Source of the DNA: Camelus ferus
Taxonomy: Eukaryota
Reading direction: 5' to 3'
Assembly (NCBI RefSeq): GCF_009834535.1
Contig: NC_045696.1
Location: 25,236,001 to 25,300,000, forward strand
DNA length: 64,000 bases
The notes under the pieces were generated by a model. That model saw only the letters and a program-made list of their open reading frames with translations. It did no database searches and had not been told where the DNA came from. Positions 13,074-25,495 of the stretch are shown here, piece by piece. The stretch's first letter is position 1. Each line of letters opens with the position of its first letter. Both the position numbers and the translations under genes were made by a program.

Positions 13074-14124
13074 CTGTATATATATTTACACATGGAATTA
13101 AGTCGCTGTGTGGGAAGTCTGCACTGCCTCCAGGTCTTTCCTGGCTCTTTAAATCAACAAACACAACTGAACCCTAAAACACCTCACACTAAAAAGGCAA
13201 TTCCTGAGGGTTTCTCATTCCCTTAATTTCCAATTTTCTCTGAGTCACTTGCTTAACCTTTTTCACTTGGACCTTTGATGCCAGATTGCAAAATTGACTT
13301 CCGCATCCTTTTGGGGCCCTTAAACCCATTGCATTTCCCTCCTGGTGTGTTGAACTATACTGCAGCTTTCAGCTGCTTCAGCACAGTCCACGCTTTGCTC
13401 TACTGAGGGTGCACCCCGCCCCACAGTCCTGCCTAAGCTCTCCAGTCTAGGGAATGTCGGCTTGGGAAGGAGGCAGATGAGGTCAGATGGTGTTTTGGTA
13501 AAGTGTAAGGAAATAGAAAACAATGGAACAACAGATCTTTCATGATCATTTCAGGGAAAAGTTACAGAATAACGTAAAAAAGCTACAGGGACAATACTAT
13601 AGTACCCCAGAGACTGGGAAGCAGCTGGTAACACTCTAAGAATAGGATCAAGGATCAAGGAAGAGAAAAATTGCAGGAGCTCAGGAGACAGGAGAGAGCC
13701 AGGAAGAGTCATCAGCAGAAGGCTGCACTTGCAGGCAGGGTGCTTTGTGGGTGAGAAAAGAAGTGTTTACTCTTTCGCCTGTTGTTTACCTCCTTGCAGC
13801 CAAATTATTAAGATTGTATCTGCCCTGTTTTATTATTATTATTATTATTACTTGGGGGAAATTTAGAGAACAAAGATAACAGTATTAACTTCTCCCATTA
13901 AACAGATAAAAAGCTCTCAAAACTAGTAATTGAATAAGTTGGAACTGGGACTAACATTTTGTGTGTCTACCCATACAGTAAAGATCTTGTCTATTAGCTA
14001 AACAATCAGATAAGATTTTTTCTTTTCCTTTTTCTTTTTTTTTTTTTAATTTGGGAGGAATGAGGCTTCAGAGAGGGGCTTTGGGAGGAGTCTAATTCTG
14101 CCATCGGATGACAATAACAACAGT

Positions 14125-14335
14125 AAACAGTAGCTAATGATTATTAGGTATTCTGCCAGGCAGTCTTTTAAGCATTTTACATATCATATCTTAATTGAAT
14201 TCATATATAACACACCCTTGAAGTAAATGTTATCATTATTTTTTCTATTTTAGAAACAAGACAACTGAAGCATAGAGAGATTAAGTTGACACAGCTAGTA
14301 AGAGGTAGAGCCAGGAATAGAACTTGAGAGATTGT
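14125..14335 (-). mobile_element. MIR SINE
   Basis: TAAGCATTTTACAT...ATTTTAGAAACAAGACAACTGAAGCATAGAGAGATTAAGT...CACAGCTAGTAAGAGGTAGAGCCAGGA. Confidence 0.85.
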
Positions 14336-14343
14336 TCTGAAGA

Positions 14344-14750
14344 TGTAGCAAAGACTAGCTAGCTGTCCTGGGCATCACTTTTTTTCTCTTGGTAAGAGAA
14401 ATTTTAGTTGGAGCTGGGAGTGGTTATGTTACTAGGATCTGGCCCGTGGAAGGTGCTGTGTGTGGTTCCTGAGTTACATTATGAAAGGGAAGGAGCATGC
14501 ATTGTCTTTTCCACCTGCTTCCCATTGCCTGGAATGTGGATAGGATACTTGTCTGAGATCAAAAGGTAGAAACCATGTATGAAGATGGCAGAAGAATGAA
14601 ATAAAAGAAGCCCACTTTCCTGAGAATTGTGGAGTTTTATTACAAGCCCTGGATTCTCCAGGCTTTTAGATGAAAGAAACCACATGTCTGTTTAGCTTGC
14701 ATCATATTCGTTTGGGACTCTCTTTTAAGCGGTATAGCTTATATATTAAT
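14344..14750 (+). mobile_element. old MLT1 (MLT1J-like) LTR
   Basis: TGTAGCAAAGACTAGCTAGCTGTCC start; TGCCTGGAATGTGGAT; GAAGATGGCAGAAG; AGCCCTGGATT. Confidence 0.6.
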
Positions 14751-17309
14751 TAATTTAGAGAAGCAACATAATTTATTGGAAGAAGCATTGCATGGGGCAT
14801 CAGGAGACCAGAAAGCTGGAAAATTTTTTAAGGCAAAAATTATGATTTTAGATAGATTACGGAATTATAAGTAAAATGAATGAGTTAGAACAGACATAAC
14901 ACAAGGTCCCTTTTCTTGGCAATATGCTGTAAAAATAATTTTTAAAGATGAATCAAAATACTCAGACAATATCATTTAACTAGTTTGAGAAACTTTAATG
15001 AATTATATGACTTCTATATCTAGATGAGACTAATATCATCTTTTGAAAATTTCTTAAATAAAATTGATTTTATCTGTACAATATTGATTTATGAATAGTT
15101 TCAAGTTTCTTTACGTAATGACCAGTGAAATTAAGCATACTATATAAATATTGTCACTCACATCATAAAGCACTGTTTTGAAAAACTCTTAACTTCAAAT
15201 TTTCCTTTGTAAAACTTGAAAAACAACTCATTACTTTAATATTACAATATGTGTCTATCATATCTACTGCACATATTTTAAAACTTACACATATTTTCTA
15301 TATGGAAAAAATCAACCTTGATTATGTTTCAAATATGTTGATTGAGTGTGAAAGTCCACCAGAGCATAAACCCCTAGAGGTTAGGGCCCAATACCTTCAC
15401 TATTGTATTCTCTGTGTGCCCCAGCAAGCCTGGAATGTTGTAGAAATTCCTCATGTATTTGTTGAGTGAGTGGATGGATGACTGTAACTACTGCACTGTG
15501 ACAGATGATTAATTTCAACGGTCTATGAAACCTACCTGTAGTAAATTTCCTTGGGAAAATGATTCTAAAATACAGTAGTCATCTCAGTAAAAAAAGAGTT
15601 TCCATTTAATCATATAAAAATTAATCCATTTAAAAAATGATTTTGGCTTATTTTTTCCTTATAGTTGGTGTTTCTTTCCTATAATCACCAAGCTTTAGTC
15701 TTAACATTCTATTCTCATCTTCTTGTGTCATTTTGGTTTGAACATTTTTCTCCATACTCAAAAGGCTCAGGAATTCATGCGAAGCCCTACATCTGCCCAA
15801 CTTACTGAATTTTCTAAATTATTCTCTTTAGTCACCCCTCAGAATAAGAAGTCCAGCTCCTTACTTTGCTCTGCTGAGTGATGCGTGCTTGCTCCCTGCA
15901 AGTCACCCACATGTCTTACTTCTAGAGCCTCCTACTAGTGTTGGCTCATCACCATCTTATCAGCCATACAAAATTGTTGTGTTCTAGAGAGTTTTCACTC
16001 TTTCTAAACGAAATGGAGAGTTAGAATAGTTCCAAGAGGTTTTAATACTCAAATCAATCAAAGGGAGGAACTTAATTTTATAAAAGTTACCTCTAACTGT
16101 TTTTTAGTTTCCGTATGTGTTGTGCATTGCATAGTTATACTTCAACAGTAAGAAAAGACCAACTGAAAAAACAAACACAAACCTAATATGAGGTATGTGT
16201 ATTTTATTAGGGGAAAACTTTTTTTCAAACCAGAAAAATAAATGTTTAAATGTTCAGGGAATGGTAAAGTTGACTCCCATTTCCTGCATATCTGCTCACA
16301 AGAGTAACTCTTTCAACAGCTGCGAAGCAGTAAATGAAATATTGACTGAGTTACTTGTCATTTAATTTGCAATGATTTCAGTGCTTTTCAGGTGCTAGGC
16401 AAGGCACAGGGTATAATTCAATTGTATCCTTTTTTTGTAATTTGAAGACACAAGACAACAAGTTAACTGGACCACAGAAAGGTTAATGCAGGTTTTGAAA
16501 ACTAGCAAATAAATGTCATGGCATGGCTGGTTAGTTACTCAGCATTTTCCTGCTAACCAATTTTTTTTCCTGGATTTTAGTTAAAATTCAGTATTAAATG
16601 TTTCATGAATTTTTATTCCACTTTGGTTTATAGTTCTTGTATGGACACTTTGTAGTCATTAATGAATTTGTGCACCTTACCAGTAAAAAGTTATGTTTAG
16701 GGAGTAGTTTACCTTAATACTATTCCCTGGAAGCTTTGACAAATCCTAGTTCTATTCCCTGCTGTGTATATTATTTTCCACCTAATTAAGAAAAGTTTAT
16801 TTTGAGTAAAAATTTGGGGGATGCTAAACTCTAGACTAGAACATCTATTTCTCTAATGAGTCTTAATTATCTGCTATGTAGAAGTTCTAATGGCTCCTAT
16901 GTTAACTCTGTTTCTTTTTACAGAACTGAACTATATAAGTTTATCAGAGTTGAGCTGATTTCCCAGCCAAATTCTTAATTTTATTTTACTGCAATTTGAT
17001 TTTTTCCAATTAGGAAGATAGGATAAGATTGATGGCCCTAGATATTCTTATATTCCATCTTAGATGTAAATCACTATGCCTAGAACATGACTGTAATGCT
17101 CAAGGATTGCCTGGAGAATAGACAAAAGAAACTGATTTTGCATCATCAGAGAGAAGCTATTAGGTACAACAAATTCCAGCCTCTGATGGGTTATCATATC
17201 AGATATATGTGTATATATAGATAGGTAGGTAGGTTGGTAGGTAGATAGACAGACAGATAGATAGAGACAGAGATATAAAACTCTCTATATTTCTATTCAT
17301 TTTTCTACT

Positions 17310-18130
17310 CAGTGGCTCATCAGGACAACCCAGAATCATTCTTTCCCCTTCCTCTTCTTAGTGTGCATATCTATTTTACTTCCACATCTTGTTGGTTTTA
17401 ACAATGAAATCTACTGGAAGTGAGTGCCTCCAGTTCACTCTGTCTTCATGGCCACTGCTCCAATCAAAGGCACCTATGTTTTCTTCCCAGGACAATTCCA
17501 GTAGCCTCTTAATTGATTTCCCCACATGCATTCTTCACCTTCTGAAGTTTATTTTCTACCCAGTAGCTAGACTTTGTTATTAAAAACATAAGTCAGATCA
17601 TGATAACCTCCTATTAAATACCACTACAATTTTACCATTATAAACAGAATAAAATCCAGATTTCCTACCATTCCAATCTGTCTCCCTCAACTGTGCATCT
17701 GTCCTATCTATGTTCCATGCCTAGATATATTGGCCATCTTTTGGTTCCTTAAGAAAAAAGACAGAGTTTTCTTTGTTGTTATTTTGTTTCAAATCTCAGG
17801 ACTTCCATCCATGCTGCTTAATTGTAATTCTCTTTCCTCCAGTCTTGACATGCATGACTCTTACTCAATCTTCAAAACTTAAATTTTATTTCATTAGGGA
17901 ATTCTTCCCAGACTCTCACAGTCTAACAGGGATTAGAAAGGATCAGTCATTCCTTTTATCTATTTTGTTTTGGGTTGGTTGTCATGGCACTGATAAGGTT
18001 TTTGTCATCATGTGTGCATTTATTTGTTTCCCTTTGGAAAGCTTGTCCTTCCATCAGTCTCTGTGCTCCATGAAGACATGGACCATGGCTATGCAATTTG
18101 CACCACCCATGGACTAGCATAAATATGTCT
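17310..18130 (+). mobile_element. decayed L2 3' region
   Basis: CAGTAGCCTCTTAATTGATTTCCC, AAAACATAAGTCAGATCATGA, CAGAATAAAATCCAGATTTCCTACCAT. Confidence 0.7.
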
Positions 18131-18226
18131 TCAGTTTTCTAAATATAAGCCTTCTAAAATGATTGGTTTTCAAAAATACAAATGCATTTGGTGTTTTTTT
18201 TTTTTTTGAGAATAAATGGATTTTTA

Positions 18227-18420
18227 GGGGGGAGGTGGTAGAGTGCATGCTTAACACACATGAGGTTCTGGGTTCAATCTCCAGTACTTCCTCTAAAAAT
18301 AAATAAATAAATAAATAATAAATAAATAAACAAACAAACAAACAAACAAACAAACAACCTAATTACCTCCCTCCCCTAAAAAATAAATAAAACAAATTTT
18401 AAAAATTTAATATTAAAAAA
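18227..18420 (+). mobile_element. camelid tRNA-derived SINE (vic-1-like)
   Basis: GGGGGGAGGTGGTAGAGTGCATGCTTAACACACATGAGGTTCTGGGTTCAATCTCCAGTAC (B box GGTTCAATC; A-box region partly deleted), (TAAA)n(CAAA)n tract, ACCTAATTACCTCCC, A-rich tail. Confidence 0.85.
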
Positions 18421-18431
18421 GGGATTCTAAA

Positions 18432-20134
18432 TTTTTAATTCTTTAATTTTTATTTTTTCAATTTTATTTTTATACAATTTAAAAAATTACTTACCATTTC
18501 TTTTATTACAAATATTGGCTATATTCCCCATGTTGTACAATACATCCTTGAGCCTATCTTACACCTAATAGTTTATACCTCCCACTCCCTCACCCCTATG
18601 TTGCCTCTCCCACTGGTATCCATTAATTTTTTCTCTATATCTATGAGTCTGCTTCTTTTATGTTATATTCACTAGTTTGTTGTATTTTTTAGATCCCACA
18701 TATAAGTGATATTATACAGTATTTATCTTTGTCTGACTTATTTCACTTAGCATAATGCCCTCCAAGTCCAGCCATGTTGCTGCAAATGGCAAAATTTCAT
18801 TCTTTTTTACGGCTGAGTGGTGTTCCATTGTGTATATATACCACATCTTCTTTATCCATTCATCTGTTGATGGCCACTTAGGCTGTTTCTGTCTTGGTAA
18901 TTGTAAATAATGCTGCTATGGACATTGAGGGGCATATTTTTTTTCAAATTAGTGTTTCTGTCTTTTTTTGGATATATACTTAGGAGTGGAATTGCTGGAT
19001 TATATGGTAGTTCTATTTTTACTTTTTTGAGGAACCTCCATACTGTTTTCCACAGTAGTTGCAACAATTTACATGCTCACCAATAGTGTACAAGCACATC
19101 CTCACCAACATTTGTTATTCTAGGCTTTTTGATAATAGCCATTGTGACAGATGTGAGGTGATAAATCATTGTGATTTTGATTTACATTTCCCTGAAGATT
19201 TGTGACGTTGAACATCTTTTCATGTGCCTATTGGCCATCTGCATTTCCTCTTTGGAAAAATGTCTACTCAGTTTTTCCCCCCATTTTTTAATAGGGTTAT
19301 TTGCTTTTTTGATATGAGTTCCATGAGCTGTTTACATATGTTGGATATTAATCCCTTATTTATCATATTATTTGCAAATATTTTCTCTCATTCAGTAGGT
19401 TCTCTTTTCATTTTGTTGATGGTTTTCTTTGCTGTGTAAAAGCTTTTAAGTTTAGTTGGGTTCCATTTGTTTACTTTTGTTTTTATTTCCATTACTTTAG
19501 GAAAGGGAGGGATCCAGAAAAACATTACTTCGATTTAAGTCAAAGAGTGTTCTGCCTATGTTTCCCTCTAGGAGTTTTATAGTATTCGGTCTTACATTTA
19601 GGTCTTTAATCCATTTTGAGTTTATTTTTTTGTATGTAATGTTAGAGAATGTTCTAATGTCATTCTTTTCCATGTAGCCATCCAGTTTTCCCAGCACAAC
19701 TTACTGAAGAAACTGTCTTTTCTCCATTGTTTATTCTTGCCTCCTTTGTCATAGATTAATTGACCGTAAGTGCACTGGTTTATTTCTGGGCTTTCTATCC
19801 TGTCCCATTGATCTGTGTGTGTGTATGTGTGTATGCACACACACATGCACATGCCAGTACTATACTGTTGTGAATATTGCAGCTTTGTAGTATAGTCTGA
19901 AGTCAGGGAGTGTGATTGTTTTGGTTATTCAGGGTTTTTTGTGTTTCCATACAAATTTTAAAATTATTTGTTCTAGTTCTGTGAAAAATGACATTGGTAT
20001 TTTGATGGGGATTGCATTGAATCTGTAGATTGCCTTGGGTAGTATGGTCACTTTAAACAATATGGATTCTTCCAATCCAAGAACACAATGAACTTTTCCA
20101 TCTGTTTGTGTCATCTTCAATTTCTTTCATCAGC
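18432..20134 (-). mobile_element. 5'-truncated L1 (ORF2 C-terminal part plus 3'UTR), frameshifted
   Basis: Minus-strand ORF fragments [29 protein letters not shown]...[22 protein letters not shown] and [25 protein letters not shown] are L1 ORF2; T-rich tail at the left end. Confidence 0.97.
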
Positions 20135-20240
20135 AAGACTAAAGGCATTTGAAATGGATATTAAAACTGAAAATTCTTTGAAATAATTGGTGACATATGC
20201 ACATCTTTTCCTTATTTTTTAATTAATTATGCTTAAGCTC

Positions 20241-20745
20241 TGTTAAACTTCTCAAAGTATGATCAAATACCTTTTTAGTAAAACAAAGCTAATTAAATGT
20301 AATAGAATTTATTACAGTGAGAGAGAACGTCATTGTGATAGACTCTTAGCAGTGCCTCAGATGTAGAGTCAAAATATTTACACAGTTTGTGGGTCTTGAC
20401 TTAAGTAGTTTAAGGGGAGTTTTTCAATGCATGCCCCTGATTGGGAATGCAAAGTTTATGATCTAACAGCATAGTATTGGTGAGCAAAGCAAAGGTTTTG
20501 AGAAGAGAATTTTAATAGTTAAACTGTTTGTGATAACTGAACTGTTTACTCAGGTGAGCGGAATGCTATCTTTTATAAATGAATCGCAGGAATTGCCTAA
20601 AGCAAAGAATAAAGTTATTTATTATTTTATAATCTTACTTTCCCAGGCAAAAAATTCCTAATACAAGCAAGTCATGTTGACACAGGTGGTTTCAATTATT
20701 GGTGCTATTCACCATATTGTGTTTAATGAAGGTGGTCACAGTTCT
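20241..20745 (-). mobile_element. old LTR-like element, family uncertain
   Basis: TG start, TTTATT (minus-strand polyA signal) about 70 bp in, LTR-like composition. Confidence 0.35.
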
Positions 20746-20767
20746 ACAGAATAATAATACTATACTG

Positions 20768-21016
20768 CAAAGGGGGGGGGAGGGATAAATTAGGAGTTGG
20801 GGATTAACAGATACAAGCTACTATATATATGAAATAGATAATAATGTCCTACTGTATAGCACAAGGAAGTTTATTCAGTATTTTGTAATGATCTGCAATG
20901 AAAAAGAATATTTTATATATATGTATGTATATAAAACTGAATCACTATGCTGTGCACTGGAAACTACCACAATGTTATAAATCAATTATACTTCAATAAA
21001 AATTTATAAAGGAAAA
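20768..21016 (+). mobile_element. short L1 3'UTR insertion with target-site duplication
   Basis: GGGAGGGATAAATTAGGAGTTGGGGATTAACAGATACA...ACTTCAATAAAA; TSD AATACTATACTG at 20756-20767 and 21017-21028. Confidence 0.92.
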
Positions 21017-21157
21017 AATACTATACTGAAGAAAATTATTGTACTGTATTTTTTGCAAGAGAGACAAGAAAGGATACAATAGTCCCAAAATATATTTGAC
21101 TAACAGGAAACTAGGATAAGAAAGAATATTTGATAAACCAGACTTTCTAATTTTGGC

Positions 21158-21455
21158 CAGTATTTCTCAAAAGATGATTTGAAAAATATTGCTTCTAAGG
21201 GACTCTTCAGGGTATTAGACTATCTTCAGTCCATCTTCAAATACATTGGAAAACAATGGGTTAAATAATGTTAGACTGATACTTCCTTCTCTGCAAGGCA
21301 TTTCAGACCCTTTGATATGTTAAAAGTACTTATGAATTTCTAACAGTGGGATGAAATACAGAAAATTTGCCATACGTATTTGACCAAGGTACTCTTACAT
21401 TATGGAGGGAGTCCTGGGGCCAATGAATAATGGAGTTCACTTAAAGAAGTACTGT
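21158..21455. mobile_element. hAT-Charlie non-autonomous element (MER112-like)
   Basis: CAGTATTTCTCAAA terminus; TCAGACCCTTTGATATGTTAA; TATTTGACCAAGG; AGAAGTACTG end. Confidence 0.55.
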
Positions 21456-21849
21456 TATACATTAACAGAATTATATAATATTCAGAAACTATATAGTTAC
21501 ATTTGTTTTTGCCCTCAAAATCATGTGTGAATAACAATCTATTACCAGGAATATTTGAAATTGCATATCAGGAAACAAGTAACATTTTACAAAGATTACT
21601 CAGTGAATTTTGGGGGAACAAATAGAATACCTAGTTGCGACTAGCCTTCTCAGTTTGCATCTTTATTGTACACTGAAATTAGATTTGTATAAACTCGATT
21701 CTTTTTCATTGCGCACCAGAAGTCATATTGTGAATGAAATTTTCAAATACATCATATTTTCAGAGCCATCTCAGTGCATAAGGAGTTAATAATCAGTTTG
21801 CATATAGAAGAGGTTGAGTTTGCCATATTTCCATAACATTGACCATAAA

Positions 21850-22050
21850 ACCAGTCTGACATGTTCTAACTCTGCTTTTTCTAAGGAGTCTGTCCTTGGG
21901 CAAGTAACATCCCTGTATTTCAGATTTCATGGGTGAAATGAATGATGTAGGGATGCCCTGAGAATAAAACAAGGTAATAAATCTGGTTAAGCCCTTGAAA
22001 AAATGCTTTGCAAGTTGCAAGTGCTAAATAAGTGCTAACTAGTATTACCA
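21850..22050 (+). mobile_element. MIR SINE
   Basis: TGTCCTTGGGCAAGTAAC core and AAGTGCTAAATAAGTGCTAACTAGTATT tail. Confidence 0.6.
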
Positions 22051-23692
22051 AAAACCTAGAAAGATTTTAAAAGTTTATTTTTTAACTTCTCTCCATTTTC
22101 TCCAATGAGTTTTGATATTATTTTCATTATTTAATTAAATTCCATGGGTGAAAGTCTGTGATATTTCAAATGGTGTTATTTTCAAACTTTGACTCCAGAG
22201 GGTAAAAATTAAACATATATTTTTATGCCTATAATTCATCTCGATGATCAGAGCTCTGTAAATCCAAGAAACTATCAAAGTAATTGGATACTTACGCTTC
22301 TATGCAACTGCAGCTTCAGTCTTTAGAACATAGTCTTTTCTGACTGATTATAGCTGAAAACAATACGATGACGGAAGGAAAGAGTTCTTATCAGTGGCAC
22401 CCGTCCTACTCCCAAAGCCTTTTGATTAAGTTACTGGGGTCTAAACACCATCTGTAATTGTATTCTTGTAACGGAAGATAGATGACCAAATTTGTCATCA
22501 GGCTGAAAGAGTTATTAACTGGTGGTGTGCTCATAATTTCCAAAGTGACATTAAAAAAGAATCTACCTCCAGATAGTTGAGGGAGAGCATGAAGGAGACA
22601 TGAAATGAAAGAGGCAGGTGCCAGGCAAGAGATGAGGTGGTTTCCTTTGCCAGTGAACAGCTGTAGATTTAGGCAAGAAGGGGGAAAAAAGCACACTCAT
22701 GCCCTGGATGAAATTAATATAAATCTACAGTTATACCCAGATGGTGTGATTTCACAACTTTCATTTTATAACACTTGGTTTGGTGGTAAAATGGTCAATT
22801 TCTGTACTGGATCATACTTGTAAATTCTCTAGCAGAGTGTCATTTTTCAGTAAATACTTCCAAAGCAAAACTTATTTTTAGCATCAACTATAGGAAAGAA
22901 GTCATGAGCATCCTCTTTTGGAGTCACTTATGTAAGTGTTTTCTGTAAGAACTGAAGAAGAAAAAGAAGCTAAAACAGTTAAAGATGTGGATAAAGGAAC
23001 AGTCAGTTAAAGATGGCTGAATTAGTTTGAAGCTAGAATAAAATCTTCAGTGGATGCTTTAAACATTTCACTTGAATTTGAAAAGTAATGCTTTGATAAT
23101 GTTGCTAGTTTCAGTTCTTTCTTTCACCAAGAAGTTTACCGGGGCACCGTATAGACTCTAGGGAACTGTGGTGATGAACATCGTGAGGATTATGTTTTAT
23201 ATGGAAGACAGAAAAATAACAATTATAAAACAATGATAAGGTAATGATCACAAGAAGCAAATTTTGGAGATTCAGAGAGCCAGAGGACTGAAGCTTTCAG
23301 TGCTTCTATATAAGGTGATGAAATGTCACCAAGCTGAGCAGTAAGTAAATGAGTTAAGTCATAAGATATAGGCTGGGTTTAATATGGAAGATGGACATAT
23401 TAAACTGACATAACATGTCTCCATCACTATTCGTGTAGCAAACATGGATGGTGATGAGCATACTGGAATTATGCAAATTGGTTTTGACTAATAACCTAAC
23501 TCTGGAACCAAAGGTGGGTTCATTTCCAATCTGTGACTTAAGCTAGTGGCTACTACTTGATGAAAGAAGGATGGATGGATCTGAGGAGATAATTACCACT
23601 GTCCATTTAAACGATTAGGGTGATTTTACTATGCTGTCAATATGTGTATCTCATTAATCAATAATATTTGTATCATTGATAAATGTGTTAGT

Positions 23693-24101
23693 TGTATCAG
23701 TCAAGATTCTCTAGAAAAATAAAACCAATAGAAAATATCAGTATCTATCTATCTAGTGAGAGGAGAGATTTATTTTAAGGAATTGGCTCATAGGATTGGG
23801 GGCTCACAAGACCGAAATCTGTAGGGCACACCTGAAGGCTGGAAACTTAGGAGAAAGTTGATGTTGTATTCTTGAGGTATAATTCCTTCTTCCACAGGAA
23901 ATCTGTTTTTGTTCTTAAAGCCTTCAACTGACTGAATAAGATTCACCCACATTGTGGATGGTAATGCACTTTATGTAAAGTCAGCTGATTGTAAATGTTA
24001 ACCACATCTACAGAATACCTTCACAGAATCACTTCGGTCAATGTTTGATTAAGTAATTGGGCACTGTAGCCTAACCAAGTTAACACGTAAGACAAACCAC
24101 A
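23693..24101 (-). mobile_element. MLT2C/D-type (ERVL) solo LTR
   Basis: TGTATCAGTCAAGATTCTCTAGAAAAATAAAACCAATAG...AGATTTATTTTAAGGAATTGGCTCA...GTAGCCTAACCAAGTTAACACGTAA. Confidence 0.9.
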
Positions 24102-25189
24102 GTATTTTAAAGAGATCAGATTCTTTGCCAGACACAGGCGTTTTAATTAGGAATTTGTAAGAATTTTAAAAACAGCATATAATATGGCTAAACACAACAT
24201 TATAAATAATATCTAACATAAAAACTAGTTGCCACATTTTATAACCACTGAGTCATACTATTATCATGTGAGAGGAGAAAGAAAAGATTCTGACAAGTCT
24301 TTATTGCCCTTCTTATCTGAACCAGGTAAGCACTAGCACACATGATCTCTATTTTAATTTAAATAATTCACTTTAGGTAGGATGGGTAGGAAGTAGTTTG
24401 GATAAATTTCAAGTAAGCTACATGCTTAACTCTCAAGAGAACACTTATCTTGAAAGGAGAAAAATGGAGAGGAGTCAACAAATTTCTAGAAACCATAAGA
24501 CAAATGATCAACAGCAAAGCAGCATACTCTCAGAAGTAATGTGATACGCTATGATAGTCAATATATAAATCATTAATAGCAATCTATAGCTGTCTGTAAA
24601 ATAAATTGGTAGTTATAACAGTATTTTCAAAAAAATTCACCTTTAGTAGCAGTAATTTTACTTCCCCAGATTCATGTCTGGTTTTTACTTCAGTTACCAG
24701 GCTGTGGCTCGGGTGACATGAAAAAAATCTAAAAAGCAAGAGCTGTTAGGCCATTTGGCTTAATATTTCTAAATATAAAAATAAATTAGGCACATCATTT
24801 CTATCAATTTCTTATAAAAATTTTTCAGGTGAATGTTTATAGGGGCCACTAAATCCATAGATACTCATTTGTCACTAAATAATGTACTAATAGGACAAGC
24901 AGCAAAATAATTTTTGATTTCTTCTTTGTAAGCTATGCCAATAACTTTTTGCTCAAATTTGCAGAATTTTTCCACTGTGTAAATCAGAGGCTCAGAGAAT
25001 CACTTTCCCTGATAGTTGCTTAAAGAATTGATAGACTCAGATTTTCAATTTATAAATGCATTGTAGAAGGTACATTGGAGGAACTGGTAGTCGAGAGTCG
25101 GGGTATCTGAACGGAGGCTGTTCTGACACAGGATATGAGAAATGGAGAGGAGACTATAAATAAGAGAAATAGAGAATTTTAAAAAAAGG

Positions 25190-25495
25190 CAGGATTCTTG
25201 TGATGATGTAACTATTCAGTATCTTTACTGTGGTGGTAGATACACGAATCCATGTGATAAAATTGTATAGACATAAACACCACACACACACACACACACA
25301 CACGGCAACAAACAAAACTGAGGAAACACGAATAATATCTGTGGATTGTAGTAATGCCAGTCAATATCCTAGTTGTGATATTATACTAGAACTTTGTAAG
25401 TTGTTACCATTGAGAACAACTGGGTAAAGAGCTCTATTTTTTCTTGCAACTGAGTGTGAATCTGCAGTTATCTCACTAAAGTTTTCAATGAAAAG
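25190..25495 (+). mobile_element. old L1M (L1MC/MD-like) 3' end containing a (CA)n tract
   Basis: GTGATAAAATTGTATAGA; GTCAATATCCTAGTTGTGATATTATACTA; TTCTTGCAACTGAGTGTGAATCT. Confidence 0.8.

Noticed and set aside
18227..18300. tRNA gene (also 34605-34684)
   Set aside because: A/B-box similarity only; the SINE body and A-rich tail identify tRNA-derived SINEs
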